Numbered from the stretch's first letter, positions 7,755-16,559 are shown. The stretch is DNA of 17,127 bases from Candidatus Fraserbacteria bacterium (GCA_037446135.1 JBBIJD010000005.1:28963-46089); one strand, 5' to 3'. Program-made: numbers and translations. The notes: generated from the letters alone by a model not told the origin.

Positions 7755-7783
7755 TTTATAGCCCGATCCGCCCCGATTGTCAA
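7755..7783 (-). promoter_or_regulatory. Sigma70 promoter of leader-livGFHM
   Basis: TTGACA (7783-7778) - 17 nt - TATAAA (7760-7755). Confidence 0.82.
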
Positions 7784-7799
7784 GTCCTCCGGGTCCAGT

Positions 7800-8558
7800 T
7801 TAAGCGACCTTCTCCAGGATCTCATCGGGGATATCGAAGTTGGCGTAGACCTCCTGGACATCCTCTTGCTCGTCGAGCCGCTCGAGGAACCGGAGTAACC
7901 GTTCTGCCTCCTTCCCCTCGAGGTGGACAGTCGACTGAGGGATCATCGAGACCTCGGCCCGCGCCACGGAGAGGCCGAGCCGCTCTACCCCCTCCTTGAC
8001 GGCAGAGAGTGCTTCCGGGCGGCAGTAGACCTCGATCTCGCCGTCCTTCTCCTGGATGTCCTCCGCTCCGAGGTCGATGATCTCGATGAGCAAGTCCTCG
8101 AGGTCCCGGCCGCTCCCGCTCGCGGCCTCCTTGTTGATCACCACCAGCCCCTTCCGGCTGAACTGCCAAGCGACGGAGCCGCTCTCGCCCAGTGAGCCAT
8201 CGAAGTCCTCGAAGATCCTCCGGATCTCCGCGGCGGCACGGTTCCGGTTATCGGTGACGATCCGCAAGAGGAGCGCTACCCCGCCCGGGCCATAGCCCTC
8301 ATAGATGATCTCCTCATACCGGACACCGGGGAGCTCCCCGGTCGCCCGCTTGATCGCCCTCTCGATGTTCTCTTTCGGGAGATTGAAGGCCCGGGCCCGC
8401 GCCAGGGCATTGGCCAGCGCGGCGTTCTTCTCCGGGTCAGCTCCCGCCCGGGCGGCGAGGGTAATCTCCTTCGCCAGCTTGGAGAAGATCGCACCTCGCT
8501 TCTGGTCCTGCTTCTCCTTCCGATACTTAATGTTCGCCCATTTGGAATGGCCGGCCAT
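7800..8558 (-). CDS. yebC: YebC/PmpR family protein
   Basis: MAGHSKWANIK, YEGYGPGG, TDNRNR, DVQEVYAN motifs. Confidence 0.97.
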   Translation of the reverse strand: MAGHSKWANIKYRKEKQDQKRGAIFSKLAKEITLAARAGADPEKNAALANALARARAFNLPKENIERAIKRATGELPGVRYEEIIYEGYGPGGVALLLRIVTDNRNRAAAEIRRIFEDFDGSLGESGSVAWQFSRKGLVVINKEAASGSGRDLEDLLIEIIDLGAEDIQEKDGEIEVYCRPEALSAVKEGVERLGLSVARAEVSMIPQSTVHLEGKEAERLLRFLERLDEQEDVQEVYANFDIPDEILEKVA

Positions 8559-8578
8559 GCTCCATCTCCTCCAGAGGG

Positions 8579-8607
8579 ATCATAAACCATCTGGGGCACG
8601 ATTTCAA
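8579..8607 (-). promoter_or_regulatory. Sigma70-type promoter of yebC
   Basis: TTGAAA (8607-8602) - 17 nt - TATGAT (8584-8579). Confidence 0.65.
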
Positions 8608-8629
8608 CCCCCAAGCGGGCAAAAGGGGG

Positions 8630-8658
8630 TAGCGAGCCCCATCTTTATCGACTATAAT
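8630..8658 (+). promoter_or_regulatory. Putative promoter of the ABC operon
   Basis: TATAAT at 8653-8658; weak -35 TAGCGA at 17 nt spacing. Confidence 0.5.
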
Positions 8659-8687
8659 CTTCCGAACTCCGAGGTGGAAGATGAGCG

Positions 8688-10424
8688 GTGGAGGAGATGG
8701 TGCACCAGCACCAGCATCGTTGGAATCTGTTCTTCCTGGCCTTGCTCCTGGCGATCCTGGTCATCGCGGCCTTCTATGGCAGCCGCGCCTATCTGCTCAG
8801 ACCGGGGTTCGTCGTCCCCGCGGAGTTGCCGAAGCTCCCCTTGTATGCCCTCTTCTCCTTCGCCCGGATGCTCGCCGCTTATCTTGTCTCCCTCAGCTTC
8901 TCCCTCAGCGTCGGCTATCTTGCCGCGACTAGCCGTCGAGCTGAGCGGTTCATCATCCCCACACTTGATATCCTCCAGTCCGTCCCGATCCTGGGCTTCT
9001 TCCCCGCGGCGATCTATCTCTTCGTCAGCCTCGCTGGGGGCGGGAGATCGGGGATCGAGCTGGCTTCGGTCTTCTTGATCTTCACTAGCCAGGCCTGGAA
9101 TATGGCCTTCGGGGTCTACGAGGCGATCCTCACCATCCCCCAGGATGCGCGGGAGGCTCTGGCTGCCTTCGGTGCTAAAAGGTGGCTCGTCTTCAAGCGG
9201 CTCCTCTTCCCCGCTTGTGTCCCCAAATTGGTCTATAACACGATCATGTCCTGGGCCGGAGGGTGGTATTTCCTCATGGCAGCGGAAATTATCGCCATCG
9301 GCCCGGCGAGGTATGACCTCCCCGGCCTGGGCTCGCTGATGTATCGTGCCGCGGAGGAGGGCCGGCTCGGGCTGATGCTCCTAGCCCTGGGGACCCTCGT
9401 TGGGGTGATCGTGGCGATGGACCTGCTGCTCTGGCGGCCTCTCTCGGTCTGGGCCGAGACCTTCCGTTATGAATTCGCTGCCTCCTCACCCGGGAGGTCG
9501 CGGGTCCTCGACTGGTGGCGCCGCTCGAGGGCGGTCAAGCGGGCCAAGGCCCTCCTTCAGAGGGCGGGCGGGGAGGCCCGCCTCCTGCTCGGTTCGGCCG
9601 TGGCTGCCCTAGCCCGGAGATCTCCAACGAAGGCCCTTTCCACTGGGGTTGCTCACCGCTTGTGGCGGGCCTGTGGCTGGGGCTTGGCGCTCTTGGCCGG
9701 GGCATTCCTGGGGTATCTGGCCTGGACGGCGGCCTCGGCCCTGGCAAAGGCGTTCGCTCAGCCTTTACCCCAGGAGGCGGCTCAGATCCCCTTGGCCATC
9801 CTGGCCTCTTTCGGAAGGTTGGCCCTTGCTTATCTCGTCTCCCTGGCTTGGACGGTCCCCTTGAGCATCTGGATCGGGGAGAACGAGCGAGTCGCCCGAA
9901 TCGTGACCCCGATCGCCGAGATCGGGGCCTCGATCCCCGCTACAGCTCTCTTCCCGCTAATCATCCTCTTCATGATCCGGGTCTTCGGGGGGATGAATAT
10001 CGCCTCGGTTTTGCTGATCCTCACCGGGATGCAGTGGTATCTCCTCTTCAACCTGATCGCCGGGGCTCGGGCCGTCCCCCAGGATTTGAAGGAAATGACA
10101 AAGAGCCTCCGGCTCCCGCGCTTTTACTACTGGCGGAAGGTGGTCCTCCCGGCCCTCTTCCCCTCCTTGCTCACGGGGAGCATCACCGGCTGGGGCGGTG
10201 GGTGGAACGCCTTGATCGTGGCCGAATACATCGTTTATAATCAAAAGGCCTATCAGGTCTTGGGGATCGGCGCGCTCCTCGACCGCGCGACTTACGAACT
10301 GGGAAGTGGTCTATTGATCTTTCTGACCTTGGGCGCGATGGTCACGGTGATCCTGCTTCTGAACCGTCTCCTTTGGCGGAGGCTCTACCGCTTCGCCGTC
10401 GAGCGCTATCGGCTCGAATACTGA
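8688..10424 (+). CDS. NitT/TauT-like ABC transporter duplicated (fused) permease
   Basis: Two repeated BPD permease halves (LDILQSVPILGFFP..SQAWNM..SWAGGW; AEIGASIPATALFP..MQWYLLFN..GWGGGWN); start GTG 8688 or ATG 8697. Confidence 0.88.
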   Translation: MEEMVHQHQHRWNLFFLALLLAILVIAAFYGSRAYLLRPGFVVPAELPKLPLYALFSFARMLAAYLVSLSFSLSVGYLAATSRRAERFIIPTLDILQSVPILGFFPAAIYLFVSLAGGGRSGIELASVFLIFTSQAWNMAFGVYEAILTIPQDAREALAAFGAKRWLVFKRLLFPACVPKLVYNTIMSWAGGWYFLMAAEIIAIGPARYDLPGLGSLMYRAAEEGRLGLMLLALGTLVGVIVAMDLLLWRPLSVWAETFRYEFAASSPGRSRVLDWWRRSRAVKRAKALLQRAGGEARLLLGSAVAALARRSPTKALSTGVAHRLWRACGWGLALLAGAFLGYLAWTAASALAKAFAQPLPQEAAQIPLAILASFGRLALAYLVSLAWTVPLSIWIGENERVARIVTPIAEIGASIPATALFPLIILFMIRVFGGMNIASVLLILTGMQWYLLFNLIAGARAVPQDLKEMTKSLRLPRFYYWRKVVLPALFPSLLTGSITGWGGGWNALIVAEYIVYNQKAYQVLGIGALLDRATYELGSGLLIFLTLGAMVTVILLLNRLLWRRLYRFAVERYRLEY

Positions 10425-10433
10425 AGGACAGAG

Positions 10434-11171
10434 ATGGCCCTGATGGAGCTCGAGCAGGTGAGCAAGCGGTTCGGGGCCCTTTCGGCCCTGGAGGAGATCT
10501 CGCTTGTGGTAGAGGAGGAAGAGTTCATTGCCCTGGTCGGGCCCTCAGGCTGCGGGAAGTCGACCCTCCTGCGGATCATGGCCGGGCTGATCGCCCCGAC
10601 CTCCGGGCGGGTCCTCCTGGAGGGGCAAGCTCTCAATGGGGTCAACTACGAGACGGCCCTGGTCTTCCAATCGTTCGCCCTCCTCCCCTGGCTCACCGTC
10701 CAGGCCAATGTCGAGCTCGGGCTCGAGGCGAGGCAGATCCCCCCGAAGGAGCGCGCGAAGAGGGCGGCCTTCTACATCGACAAGGTCGGGCTGGAGGGGT
10801 ATGAGGAGGCCTATCCTCGGGAGCTCTCCGGGGGGATGAAGCAGCGGGTCGGGCTGGCAAGGGCCCTGGCGGTCGAGCCGAAGATCCTCTTGATGGATGA
10901 GCCCTTCTCCTCACTCGACCCCCTGACGGCGATCAGCCTCCGCGAGCTGGTCCTGGACCTGTGGGCCGACCCTCAGGTCCCCGTCGCCGCCTGTGTCATC
11001 GTCACGCACCTCATCGACGAGGCCGTCGAGCTGGCCGATCGGGTGATCGTCCTCTCCGCCCGGCCGGGGCGGATCGTCGAGGAGATCCGGGTCGCGCTCC
11101 CCCGCCCGCGAGATAAGCGGGCGGAAGCCTTCAATGGCTACATTGACCGGATCTTCTCCCTCATGGCATAA
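10434..11171 (+). CDS. NitT/TauT family ABC ATP-binding protein
   Basis: [47 protein letters not shown]. Confidence 0.93.
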   Translation: MALMELEQVSKRFGALSALEEISLVVEEEEFIALVGPSGCGKSTLLRIMAGLIAPTSGRVLLEGQALNGVNYETALVFQSFALLPWLTVQANVELGLEARQIPPKERAKRAAFYIDKVGLEGYEEAYPRELSGGMKQRVGLARALAVEPKILLMDEPFSSLDPLTAISLRELVLDLWADPQVPVAACVIVTHLIDEAVELADRVIVLSARPGRIVEEIRVALPRPRDKRAEAFNGYIDRIFSLMA

Positions 11172-11190
11172 TTTAGGGTGAGGCTAAAGG

Positions 11191-11715
11191 ATGGACGACA
11201 AAATAGATCCCCTTCCTAATACCGGCGTGAATCGGATCTTCGGGCTGCTCGAGCTCCTCGATGACCGCGGGGGGCGTGAGGATATCTACCGGCTAGCCGA
11301 CGAGCTGGGCTACGAGTTCGGCGAGCTCCTCGCCGTGCTCAAGGCCGCTGAGCTCCTGGGTTTCCTGGAGACCCCTGGAGGGGACGCACTCCTCCTCCCC
11401 CTAGGGAAGCGAGCGATCGAGGGCGACACCAACCTCAAGAAGGCGATCTTCAAGGAGCAGCTCCGGCGGCTCAGCCTCTTCCGCCACTTCGTCGCTTACC
11501 TCAAGCGACGCGAGCGGGGCTCCGCCGCCCGGGACGAGGTCCTAGAGGAGCTCCGGCGGCTCCTCCCCCAGGAGGACCCGGAGGAGACCTTCGAGACCCT
11601 GGTCGGCTGGGGGAGGTATGCCGAGCTCTTCGGGTATGATCCGGACGAGGACCGCTTCTATCTCGATCAGATCTGGATCAGTGGCTCGGGCGGCCCCGGC
11701 GGGCTGGCCTCCTGA
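11191..11715 (+). CDS. Stand-alone AAA-associated C-terminal domain protein
   Basis: [38 protein letters not shown] matches my recollection of AAA_assoc_C; follows the ATPase. Confidence 0.8.
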   Translation: MDDKIDPLPNTGVNRIFGLLELLDDRGGREDIYRLADELGYEFGELLAVLKAAELLGFLETPGGDALLLPLGKRAIEGDTNLKKAIFKEQLRRLSLFRHFVAYLKRRERGSAARDEVLEELRRLLPQEDPEETFETLVGWGRYAELFGYDPDEDRFYLDQIWISGSGGPGGLAS

Positions 11716-11722
11716 GCTGGCC

Positions 11723-12274
11723 ATGCTGCTGAACGATCGTTGGATCAGGGAGCAGGCGGAGAGGGGGATGATCTCACCCTTCGTCCCGGAGCAGGTGCGT
11801 GAGGGGGTGCTCAGCTATGGCCTCTCCAGCTACGGGTATGACATCCGGGTGGCCGAGGAGTTTAAGGTCCTCAGCGGCCTCAGCGCTGCGATCATCGATC
11901 CCAAGCGGTTCGATCCCCGCTTGCTCCTGGACTTCAAGGGGGAGAGCTGCCTCATCCCGCCGAACTCATTTGTGCTAGCCCGCTCCCTCGAGTATCTCCG
12001 GATCCCCCGCGATGTCCTAGCCCTCGGCCTGGGGAAGTCGACCCTCGCCCGGTGCGGGATCATCGTCAACATCACGCCGCTGGAGCCGGAGTGGGAGGGG
12101 CATATCACCATCGCCATCTCCAACACCGCTCCTCTCCCGACCAGGATCTACGCCGGCGAGGGGATCGCCCAGATCATCTTCCTCCGCGCCGCGGAGCCTT
12201 GCGCGGTCTCCTATGCTGAGCGACAGGGGAAGTATCAGCGGCAGGAGAGGGGGATCTGGCTCCCCCGGCTCTAG
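11723..12274 (+). CDS. dcd: dCTP deaminase
   Basis: [47 protein letters not shown]; start ATG 11723. Confidence 0.95.
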   Translation: MLLNDRWIREQAERGMISPFVPEQVREGVLSYGLSSYGYDIRVAEEFKVLSGLSAAIIDPKRFDPRLLLDFKGESCLIPPNSFVLARSLEYLRIPRDVLALGLGKSTLARCGIIVNITPLEPEWEGHITIAISNTAPLPTRIYAGEGIAQIIFLRAAEPCAVSYAERQGKYQRQERGIWLPRL

Positions 12275-12281
12275 TCTGGGG

Positions 12282-12311
12282 TTGGCAAGCCCGGGTGCCC
12301 TCTTGTATAAT
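12282..12311 (+). promoter_or_regulatory. Sigma70-type promoter of yajC-secD
   Basis: TTGGCA (12282-12287) - 18 nt - TATAAT (12306-12311). Confidence 0.65.
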
Positions 12312-12347
12312 CCGGCTATCCTTGGAAGGAGTTAAGGGAGGCCATTG

Positions 12348-12653
12348 ATGGTCGCGTGGGCGATGCAGGAAGCGGCCCCTCAAGGTGGTGGCTTGGCTGG
12401 GCTCTTCCCCACGATCATCTTCCTCGTCCTCTTCATCGCGATCTTCTACTTCCTCCTCATCTGGCCCCAGCGGCGGCGCCAGCGGAAGCATCAGGAGCTC
12501 TTGGGGAACTTGAAGAAGGGCGATGAGGTGGTCACCAACGGGGGGCTTATCGGGAAGATCAAGCGGATCGATAAGGACAGCGTCCTCTTGGAGATGGAAG
12601 AGGGGGCGACGGTGAAGGTCTTGAAGAGTGCGATCATGGAGCGACTTCAATGA
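12348..12653 (+). CDS. yajC: Preprotein translocase subunit YajC
   Basis: TM ending FYFLLIWPQ, LKKGDEVVTNGG; GGAGG 6 nt before ATG; ATGA overlap with secD. Confidence 0.95.
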   Translation: MVAWAMQEAAPQGGGLAGLFPTIIFLVLFIAIFYFLLIWPQRRRQRKHQELLGNLKKGDEVVTNGGLIGKIKRIDKDSVLLEMEEGATVKVLKSAIMERLQ

Positions 12654-14017
12654 AGAGAGCGAATCTCTGGAGGTTCCTGCTCATCCTGGCGGTGATCCTG
12701 GCGGCTTGTCTCTTCCTCTTCTTCCCGGCCCTCACCGGCTCGGCGAAGCGGCTGGTCAATATCAACCTCGGACTAGACCTCCAGGGGGGCTCGCAGTTGA
12801 CATTAGAGGCCCAGATCCCCGAGGGGACGAGCCTCCAGGAGGCGGATGACATCCTCGAGCGGATCGTCACGATCCTCAACAATCGCGTCGACCAGTATGG
12901 GATGACCAACCCCGTGATCAGGCGGGCCGGGACGAAGCGGGTCGTCGTCGAGCTCCCCGGGACACGGGACATCGCCGAGGCCCGCCAACTGATCGGGAGG
13001 ACGGCCCTCTTGGAGTTCCGAAAGGTGATCGAGGCGGGGAAGAAGGGGGACATCCTCACCCCGACCTCCTTAAACGAGGAGGTCCTGTTCGATCGGGATG
13101 GGAACCCCTATCTCGTCGAGCACGAGCCGATGCTCACCGGCGCGGCCCTGAGCAATGCCGTCGTCCGGACGAGGACCTCCCCCGCGGCGGGTGAGGGCCC
13201 GCTCTTCATCTCATTGGAGTTCAACACCGAAGGGGCGAGGATCTTCCGCGAGGTGATCAACCAGCTCAAGGCGGGTGATCGGCTGGCGATCGTCTTGGAT
13301 AACACGATCTACAGCGCTCCATCGGTCACAGAGAGCATCAAGCAGGCCGCCTCCACCTCCCCGACCCTCAAGAATGCGGTGATCGAAGGGCGGTTCACCG
13401 CGGAGGAGGCCCGGCTTTTGGCGATCGTCCTCCGGGCTGGGGCCCTCCCCGTCGATGTGGAGATCGTCCAGGAGAGCTCGATCGGGCCGACCTTGGGCGA
13501 GGACTCGATCCGCCGCGGGATGATGAGCATGATCATCGGGTTCATCCTAGTGGTCATTTACATGTTCCTCCGCTACCGCTGGCTCGGGGTGGTGGGGAAT
13601 GCCGCGCTCCTCTTGAACATGATCCTCGTCTTCGGGGCGCTCGCGGCCTTCCGTGCGACCCTCACTCTGGACGGCTTCGCCGGGATCATCCTCACTATCG
13701 GTATGTCCGTCGACGCCAATGTCATCATCTTCGAGCGGATCAAGGAGGAGCTCCGCGCGGGGAAGGGGATCGGCCCGGCGGTGAAGGCCGGCTTCCAGAA
13801 GTCCTACTCCGCGATCCTCGACTCCAACATCACGACCATCGCCACTGGTTTAGTCCTGCTATTGATGGGGACCGGCCCGGTGAAGGGCTTCGCCATCACT
13901 TTGGTCATCGGGGTCGTCGGCTCGATGTTCTGCGCTATCTTCTTCTCGAGGTTCTTGCTCGATACCACTGGGATCGCTGAGCGGGCAGCAACTGCCCTCA
14001 AGCCCGAGGCGGCTTGA
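12650..14017 (+). CDS. secD: Protein translocase subunit SecD
   Basis: LGLDLQGG, LAIVLD, LRAGALP, IGPTLG, GMSVDANVIIFERIKEE, ILDSNITT, GPVKGFA. Confidence 0.96.
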   Translation: MKRANLWRFLLILAVILAACLFLFFPALTGSAKRLVNINLGLDLQGGSQLTLEAQIPEGTSLQEADDILERIVTILNNRVDQYGMTNPVIRRAGTKRVVVELPGTRDIAEARQLIGRTALLEFRKVIEAGKKGDILTPTSLNEEVLFDRDGNPYLVEHEPMLTGAALSNAVVRTRTSPAAGEGPLFISLEFNTEGARIFREVINQLKAGDRLAIVLDNTIYSAPSVTESIKQAASTSPTLKNAVIEGRFTAEEARLLAIVLRAGALPVDVEIVQESSIGPTLGEDSIRRGMMSMIIGFILVVIYMFLRYRWLGVVGNAALLLNMILVFGALAAFRATLTLDGFAGIILTIGMSVDANVIIFERIKEELRAGKGIGPAVKAGFQKSYSAILDSNITTIATGLVLLLMGTGPVKGFAITLVIGVVGSMFCAIFFSRFLLDTTGIAERAATALKPEAA

Positions 14018-15179
14018 GGGTCCGGCCCCACTTGAGGGCTTCCTCCCCGAAGCGGGCGCGCAGCTCATCGATGAGGCGCTCCAGCTCCGCGGAGCGCCTC
14101 TCTTGCTCATCCTGAAAGAGGGGGAGTTGCTCCCTTCCCGGGGGGATCAGGTTGCTCACCTGGACCCCGAGGAGGCGGACCCCCAGGCCGCCCGGACGGA
14201 GCTGGACCTTCTCAGCGAGGAGTCGCTTAGCCTCTTCGAAGAGCCGCTCACCCAGGTCCGTCGGCCTGGGGAGGGTCGCGGACCGGGTGAGCGTGGTGAA
14301 GTCGGCGAACCGGACCTTGAGCTGGACCGTCCGGCCTTTGAGCCCCTCCGCTCGGAGCCGTCGCCCCACCTCTTCGCTCAAAGAGAAGAGCACCCGTTCC
14401 ATCTCCTCGCGGTCGGTGAGGTCAAAAGGGAAGGTCCGCTCAGCCCCGAGCGAGCGGGCCTCGCGCTCCGGGATCACCGGACTCTTATCGATCCCCCGCG
14501 CGAGCTCATAGAGCGATTTCCCGAGCCGGCCGAACTTGTCTAGCAACTCCTCGAGTGGGAGTTTCTGCAATTGGCCGACGGTGGTGATCCCCAGCCTGCG
14601 GAGCCGCTTGGCCGTCGCCTCGCCCACGCCCCAGAGGCGCTCGACTGGGAGCCCCTTGAGGAACTCGAGCTCTTCACCTTCCCGGACGATGAGGAACCCG
14701 TCCGGCTTGCTCAGTGTGCTCGCCAGCTTGGCGAGGAACTTGTTCGGCCCGACTCCTACGGAGCAGGTGAGGCCCGTCTCCTGAAAGATCTTCTGCTTGA
14801 TCTCCCTTGCCGTGGCCTCGGCCGGGCCGAGGAGCCGCTCCGTCCCCGTGAGGTCGAGGAAGGCCTCATCGAGGGAGATGGGCTCGACCAGCGGGGTATA
14901 GCTATAAAGGATCTCGCGGATCTGCTGCGAGATCTCCTGGTAGCGCTCGAACCGCGGGCGGAGGAAGACCCCCTGGGGGCAGAGCCGCTTAGCTTGGGCG
15001 GAAGGCATGGCGCTGTGGACCCCGAACTCCCGGGCCTCATATGAGGCGGTCGAGACCACCCCTCGCCCCTCGGGGTCACCCCCGACGATCACCGGCTTCC
15101 CGCGCAGCTCGGGATGATCGAGCTGCTCGACCGCCGCGTAGAAGGCGTCCATGTCCACATGGACGATCTTCCGCCCCAT
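13998..15179 (-). CDS. dinB: DNA polymerase IV (Y family)
   Basis: HVDMDAFYAAVE, ASYEAR, SLDEAFLD, KFLAKLAS, KPDG; clamp-like QLPLF; start ATG 15179; 20-nt convergent overlap with secD. Confidence 0.95.
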   Translation of the reverse strand: MGRKIVHVDMDAFYAAVEQLDHPELRGKPVIVGGDPEGRGVVSTASYEAREFGVHSAMPSAQAKRLCPQGVFLRPRFERYQEISQQIREILYSYTPLVEPISLDEAFLDLTGTERLLGPAEATAREIKQKIFQETGLTCSVGVGPNKFLAKLASTLSKPDGFLIVREGEELEFLKGLPVERLWGVGEATAKRLRRLGITTVGQLQKLPLEELLDKFGRLGKSLYELARGIDKSPVIPEREARSLGAERTFPFDLTDREEMERVLFSLSEEVGRRLRAEGLKGRTVQLKVRFADFTTLTRSATLPRPTDLGERLFEEAKRLLAEKVQLRPGGLGVRLLGVQVSNLIPPGREQLPLFQDEQERRSAELERLIDELRARFGEEALKWGRTLKPPRA

Positions 15180-15195
15180 CGCCGGCCCTCTTAGC

Positions 15196-15537
15196 TTAAG
15201 AGACTCTGGCCCCGTTTGGCGCCGCTCGATCGAGTGTGACCAGGGCCAGTCCGCCGGGATGGACCGCGGCCAGGAGCATCCCCCGCGACTCATGCCCTCT
15301 TATCACTGCCGGCTGGAGGTTGGCCACGACAATGATTTGCTTCCCCACCAACTCCTCCGGGCGGTAGTGCTTGGCGATCCCGGCCACCAGCGGGCGGCGC
15401 TCCTCTCCCAGGTCGACTTCCAGCTTGAGGAGCTTCTCCGCCCCCGGGACCGCCGCGGCATTGACGATCGTCGCGACTCGCAGGTCGAGCTCCTTGAACT
15501 GCTCGAGCGTGATGAGCTTAGTTCCCTCACTTTCCAT
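15196..15537 (-). CDS. tRNA-binding OB-fold protein (Trbp111/CsaA/MetRS C-terminal-like)
   Basis: FKELDLRVA, KLLKLEVDLG, VAGIAKHY, VVANLQP, SRGMLLAA. Confidence 0.9.
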   Translation of the reverse strand: MESEGTKLITLEQFKELDLRVATIVNAAAVPGAEKLLKLEVDLGEERRPLVAGIAKHYRPEELVGKQIIVVANLQPAVIRGHESRGMLLAAVHPGGLALVTLDRAAPNGARVS

Positions 15538-15543
15538 GGCTCG

Positions 15544-15572
15544 ATTCTAGCCCGAGCAGGGCGGCTCGCCAA
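15544..15572 (-). promoter_or_regulatory. Promoter giving a probably leaderless transcript of the tRNA-binding gene and dinB
   Basis: TTGGCG (15572-15567) - 17 nt - TAGAAT (15549-15544) - 6 nt - ATG; no SD. Confidence 0.6.
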
Positions 15573-15713
15573 GTCGAGAGGCCGCCATCCGTAACGGTGA
15601 TCACTGTCAGGGGTAACCGACTTCTCCCCCCCATTTGACACCGCTCCTTTGGGCCGATCCGGCCCGATTCTAGACTGGAGCGCAAGTTTAACCGACCGAT
15701 GAAGGAGGCAAAG

Positions 15714-16547
15714 ATGTGGAAGAGGGGTATAGTGATTCTGGCCCTGGTGGCACTAGCGAGCCTGGTCCTCGCCTGGGCGGCCTTGGGGCAAGAGGACGGA
15801 GCGATCGCGGACAAGCTCGCTCAACTGGAGGCCGGCCTCGCCAAGCTCGAGGGGATCGTCAAGGACATCGCCTTCGATGCCCAACGGATCTCGAGCCTCG
15901 AGGCGATCCTCAAGGAGATCTCCTTCCAGATGAAGGAGAGCGAGGGGAAGATCCGGGACCTCTTGGCCTTCCAGCGCGGAGTAGAGGAGGACCTTCGCCC
16001 GAGAGTGGTGAAGCTCGAGAGCAGCGTCTCCGGCCTCTCATTTACGGTCCAGAAGCAGGGTGAGAAGCTGACCAAGCTCGAGGGACTGAGCGAGGCGGTG
16101 GCCGAGCTCCAGCCGCGGGTCTTCTCCCTCGAGACGACGGTCCAAGGGATCGCAGCCAAGCTGAAGACCGATGAGGAGCAGCTCAAGCAGCTCTATCTCC
16201 AGGCCAATGACCTCCAGAAGCGGGTCGAGACCCTCGAGAAGGAGATGGCCCAAGCCCAGGCTCAGCTCCAGCTCCTCGGGAAGCCGGAGGACCTCTCTAA
16301 GCTCCAGGCGATGATGAACCGGCTCGGGCTGGTCGAGTCGACGATAGGCGGTCTCTCGACGAAGGTCCAGCAGCAAGGCGATCTCTTGATGAGCTATGCC
16401 TCGACTGTCGAGGCCCAGGCAGGTGAGATCACAGCTCTCAAGAAGGAGATCACGGCCCTCAAGGGCCAGGCCAGGACGATGACCGTCGTGGCTGTCGTGG
16501 GGCTGCTCGCGGGGGCTACGGCCCTGGTCCTCCACTTTATGGCCTAG
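15714..16547 (+). CDS. Secreted coiled-coil protein with C-terminal membrane anchor, function unknown
   Basis: AAGGAGG 5 nt before ATG 15714; signal peptide ending AALG-QE; long heptad-rich body; hydrophobic C-terminus. Confidence 0.8.
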   Translation: MWKRGIVILALVALASLVLAWAALGQEDGAIADKLAQLEAGLAKLEGIVKDIAFDAQRISSLEAILKEISFQMKESEGKIRDLLAFQRGVEEDLRPRVVKLESSVSGLSFTVQKQGEKLTKLEGLSEAVAELQPRVFSLETTVQGIAAKLKTDEEQLKQLYLQANDLQKRVETLEKEMAQAQAQLQLLGKPEDLSKLQAMMNRLGLVESTIGGLSTKVQQQGDLLMSYASTVEAQAGEITALKKEITALKGQARTMTVVAVVGLLAGATALVLHFMA

Positions 16548-16559
16548 GAGATCATCGCT

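Noticed and set aside
8305..10240. Long alternative-frame ORFs (8305-9078, 9515-10240) and similar ones such as 2615-3268 and 16038-16679
   Set aside because: Shadow ORFs expected at high GC, overlapping well-supported genes, with Pro/Arg/Ser/Gly-biased composition and no motifs
15180..15293. N-terminal extensions of dinB (also dcd 11618-11722 and ridA 16973-17062)
   Set aside because: They overlap upstream genes or promoters; family homology begins at the downstream ATG
13998..15537. dinB as part of a mutagenesis cassette or mobile element
   Set aside because: No imuA/imuB/dnaE2, umuD, lexA, integrase or transposase in the window; composition looks like that of neighbouring genes
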